Source: Hormoscilla sp.
GTDB taxonomy: Bacteria > Cyanobacteriota > Cyanobacteriia > Cyanobacteriales > Desertifilaceae
Length of the DNA stretch: 32,918 nucleotides
Assembly: GCA_051439505.1 (NCBI GenBank)
Contig: JBFRWI010000130.1
Location: forward strand, 1 to 32,918
Direction: 5' to 3'
The position numbers and the translations under genes are program-made. The notes below the pieces were generated by a model that was given only the letters and a program-made list of their open reading frames with translations, was not told the DNA's origin and did not search any database. Of this stretch, positions 30,285 through 32,918 are shown one piece after another. The first letter of the stretch is position 1. The number at the start of each line of letters is the position of its first letter.

Positions 30285-30959
30285 ATGAATTCTGTGAATA
30301 AGCAAGATATGCAGGACAAGCAGGCGAACAATAGTGAAAACCCTTGGATAGAGGGAATAAAGACGATCGTCATGAGTGGGATTTTGGCTTTTGGGATTAG
30401 AACTTTTATAGCGGAAGCCCGTTATATTCCTTCGGGGTCGATGTTGCCAACTCTCCAGATCAACGATCGCCTGATTATCGATAAAATAGGTTATCGCTTC
30501 CGGGATCCGGAACGGGGAGATATTGTGGTATTTAACCCGACAGATGGACTGCTTGAGGACAATCCCAATCTGAAGGATGCTTTTATTAAGCGGGTGGTAG
30601 GTTTACCGGGAGAAAAGGTGGAGTTGCGCCAGGGAAAGGTCTATGTAAACGATCGCCCGTTGGCGGAAAAATATGTAGCTTCTGATTTTGACCCGACGGC
30701 ACGGGTGACGGCCTCATCGACACATCAGCGGACGCAAATAAATGTCTGCCCGCCGGATAAGCGGTTCCTCTCCCAACCAGTCACGGTGCCTGCTAATTCC
30801 TATCTGGTGATGGGCGATAACCGCAATAATAGTTATGATAGCCGCTGCTGGGGGTTAGTACCCCGCGATCGGATTATCGGTAGGGCGATCGTCCGGTTCT
30901 GGCCGTTTAATCACTTCGGTCAACTGGATGAGTCCCCGATCTATCCCACTGAAAAGTAA
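30285..30959 (+). CDS. lepB: Signal peptidase I
   Basis: [10 protein letters not shown] (Ser), [10 protein letters not shown] (Lys), [12 protein letters not shown]. Confidence 0.95.
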   Translation: MNSVNKQDMQDKQANNSENPWIEGIKTIVMSGILAFGIRTFIAEARYIPSGSMLPTLQINDRLIIDKIGYRFRDPERGDIVVFNPTDGLLEDNPNLKDAFIKRVVGLPGEKVELRQGKVYVNDRPLAEKYVASDFDPTARVTASSTHQRTQINVCPPDKRFLSQPVTVPANSYLVMGDNRNNSYDSRCWGLVPRDRIIGRAIVRFWPFNHFGQLDESPIYPTEK

Positions 30960-30970
30960 AATACTGAGTG

Positions 30971-30991
30971 GTAGGGTGGGCACTGCCCACC
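30971..30991 (+). repeat. GTAG-family REP palindrome
   Basis: GTAG-GGTGGGCAC-TGCCCACC; related copies near 2341-2359 and 4091-4111. Confidence 0.75.
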
Positions 30992-31207
30992 AAGTTATTT
31001 AATAATAGCACTGCCCACAGAGGCGGTATTTTGATTTGAGGCGAGAGTGCGATCGCCCCAATACCAGAAAAAGCGATCGCCTCCCGGTTGGGTTTCCTAG
31101 AGGAACCCAACCGACTTTTGTTTATGGGAGGTGACTCTCCTAGATGGGAGACCCGGTTGGTTTATAATTAGAAGCGACCACGAGACAGCTTCCTCAAGGG
31201 ATAAAAG

Positions 31208-31717
31208 ATGCAAAAACTTTTAATTGGAACAGTACCTCAACAGGAGATCGCCGCAGCGAAAAAAGTTATCTCTGAACTCCAGGATTACAAAAACAGGTAC
31301 TGGGCGATCGGCCTCAATGGCGATACGCTGCAACCAGACGGGTTTCTCCGGTTCTTCAACGCCCGAAACTTGCCATTCCAGCATTTTGTCCGCAGTCAGG
31401 GTGTGGCAGTGGGCGAACAATCAGCTTACGATGATAACATTGCTACTTTGAATCAGTATATCAAACAGGTACGCGACCAGGAGATTTCTGCGGTCGAAGG
31501 AACAATTAATGAGCTGCTTACTTACCAAAACCGGTACTGGGCGATCGGCCTCAATGGCGATACATTGGAACCAGACGGGTTTGTCCGGTTCTTCAACGCC
31601 CGAAACTTGCCATTCCAGTATTTTGTCCGCAGTCAGGGTTTGGCATTGGGCGAACAATCTGCCTATGATGAGAATATCGCTACCCTGAGGAGATACATTG
31701 AGTCGCTCTCTGATTAG
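31208..31717 (+). CDS. Hypothetical protein made of two ~79-aa repeats
   Basis: NRYWAIGLNGDTLxPDGFxRFFNARNLPFQxFVRSQGxAxGEQSAYDxNIATL occurs twice; DNA offset 237 bp with third-position differences. Confidence 0.85.
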   Translation: MQKLLIGTVPQQEIAAAKKVISELQDYKNRYWAIGLNGDTLQPDGFLRFFNARNLPFQHFVRSQGVAVGEQSAYDDNIATLNQYIKQVRDQEISAVEGTINELLTYQNRYWAIGLNGDTLEPDGFVRFFNARNLPFQYFVRSQGLALGEQSAYDENIATLRRYIESLSD

Positions 31718-31771
31718 AGGGCGATCACCCTTGGGTTTCATAGTTTGGTCCCAGGGGCGATCGTTCTGTAA

Positions 31772-31960
31772 CTGCCTGCAACCATTGCGCCGCTGCCTGC
31801 AACCATTGCGCCGCTGCCTGCAACCATTGCGCCGCTGCCTGCAACCATTGCGCCGCTGCCTGCAACCATTGCGCCGCTGTCTGCAACCATTGCGCCGCTG
31901 CCTGCAACCATTGCGCCGCTGCCTGCAACCATTGCGCCGCTGCCTGCAACCATTGCGCCG
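31772..31960. repeat. Tandem repeat 9 x 21 bp (ctgcctgcaaccattgcgccg)
   Basis: Nine contiguous copies; a single C>T variant in copy 6 (31880). Confidence 0.97.
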
Positions 31961-32007
31961 CAGAATAAAGTGTAAAGTAAAGAAGTACGTGATTGTTTGA
32001 TCTGACT

Positions 32008-32667
32008 ATGTCCTTATCCTTACCAGAAAGTATCGAAGATTTTCTCAATTCCGCTCAAGTCGCCATTGACAACGCCTTGAACAATGCCGAAGTACAGAAC
32101 TACTTGAGCGAACTCGGCTACACCCCCGAACGCATTCAAGAAGGCAAAACCCTCTATGAAGCCGCCGTAGCAGCCCAAAGCCAGCGCACCTCGGAATATG
32201 CGGACCAACTGGGGGCAACGGCAGATTTGGAGGAAGCTTGGATAAAAGCCAATAAAACCTATATGCGTTTTTTGAGAATTGCTCGCGTCGCCTTCAAGAA
32301 TGATGTCAGTGCCACCAGTGCCTTAAAAATGAATGGCGATCGCAAAAGGAGCCTCTCGGGTTGGCTTCTGCAAGCTGGGGAATTTTACGACCAAGCCCTC
32401 AGCCGACCGGAAATTCTGAATCGACTGGCAGAATACAACATTACTGCGGAGAAACTGGAAGCAGGTAAGGCGGAAGTAAACGCTGTTAAAGCCGCTAATA
32501 CTGCTCAGGAAACGGAAAAATCTGAGGCGCAAGAAGCTACCCAACTGCGCGATCGGGCCCTGGATGCTTTGGATGATTGGCTGAGTGATTTTCTTGCCAT
32601 TGCCAAAGTTGCCCTGGAAGAGAGTCCCCAACTTGCAGAAAGTTTAGGTCTCTTGGCCCGGTCTTAA
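32008..32667 (+). CDS. Hypothetical all-helical protein with internal two-fold repeat
   Basis: Halves align: DNALNNAEVQNYLSELGYTPERIQEGK / DQALSRPEILNRLAEYNITAEKLEAGK and RIARVAFKND / AIAKVALEES. ATG 32008 preferred. Confidence 0.85.
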   Translation: MSLSLPESIEDFLNSAQVAIDNALNNAEVQNYLSELGYTPERIQEGKTLYEAAVAAQSQRTSEYADQLGATADLEEAWIKANKTYMRFLRIARVAFKNDVSATSALKMNGDRKRSLSGWLLQAGEFYDQALSRPEILNRLAEYNITAEKLEAGKAEVNAVKAANTAQETEKSEAQEATQLRDRALDALDDWLSDFLAIAKVALEESPQLAESLGLLARS

Positions 32668-32729
32668 AGTATCCTGGCGATCGGGGACTGTTACTTGTCC
32701 CCGATCGTTCATCATCTCTAGTGACTAGG

Positions 32730-32782
32730 GGTTGGGTTTCATCCTTCAACCCAACCTACATCCAACCTACATCCAACTTACA
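32730..32782 (-). repeat. GTAG-family REP plus two 11-bp tail duplications
   Basis: Minus strand GTAG-GTTGGGTTGAAGGATGAAACCCAACC; plus strand continues atccaacctac, atccaacttac. A similar palindrome lies at 31086-31112. Confidence 0.75.
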
Positions 32783-32918
32783 TTAGATTTTGTTGGCATT
32801 GTGCAAAAACATAATTAAGTAAGCCCAGAATTTGGGCGATCGTCCCCAAGGCATAAGGAAGACTTTCGTAAACTTGCCCTTCTGGAGTAAGCTTGTAAAA
32901 GTTCCAAGTGCTGCCATT

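Noticed and set aside
31772..31960. CRISPR array
   Set aside because: Repeats are contiguous with no spacers and there are no cas genes.

Overview
Cyanobacterial chromosomal window (frequent HIP1 GCGATCGC, heptamer STRR-type repeats, GTAG-type REPs). The left ~7.9 kb is accessory and repeat-rich. It opens inside a tandem array of at least four ~320-bp non-coding units. Each unit has an HLR1/RpaB-like direct repeat, a sigma70-like promoter, conserved hairpins and a 12-bp inverted repeat. After the array come a Mo-nitrogenase-C-terminal-domain gene, several MITE-like elements (one with a perfect 9-bp target duplication) and a Calx-beta/RTX secreted protein. The core part holds ndhF3-ndhD3-cupA-cupS, pilB-pilT-pilC, grpE-dnaK-dnaJ-tusA-like-rsgA, a DUF4335-like gene, a Kir-type K+ channel, an Hpt protein, a decayed dihydroorotase pseudogene and lepB. 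The right end is a REP-flanked module: an internally duplicated unknown protein, a 9 x 21-bp array open in all six frames, and a two-repeat helical protein. The best candidates for an undescribed system are the 320-bp array and the 21-bp array module. No transposase, reverse transcriptase, cas gene, rRNA or tRNA was recognised.
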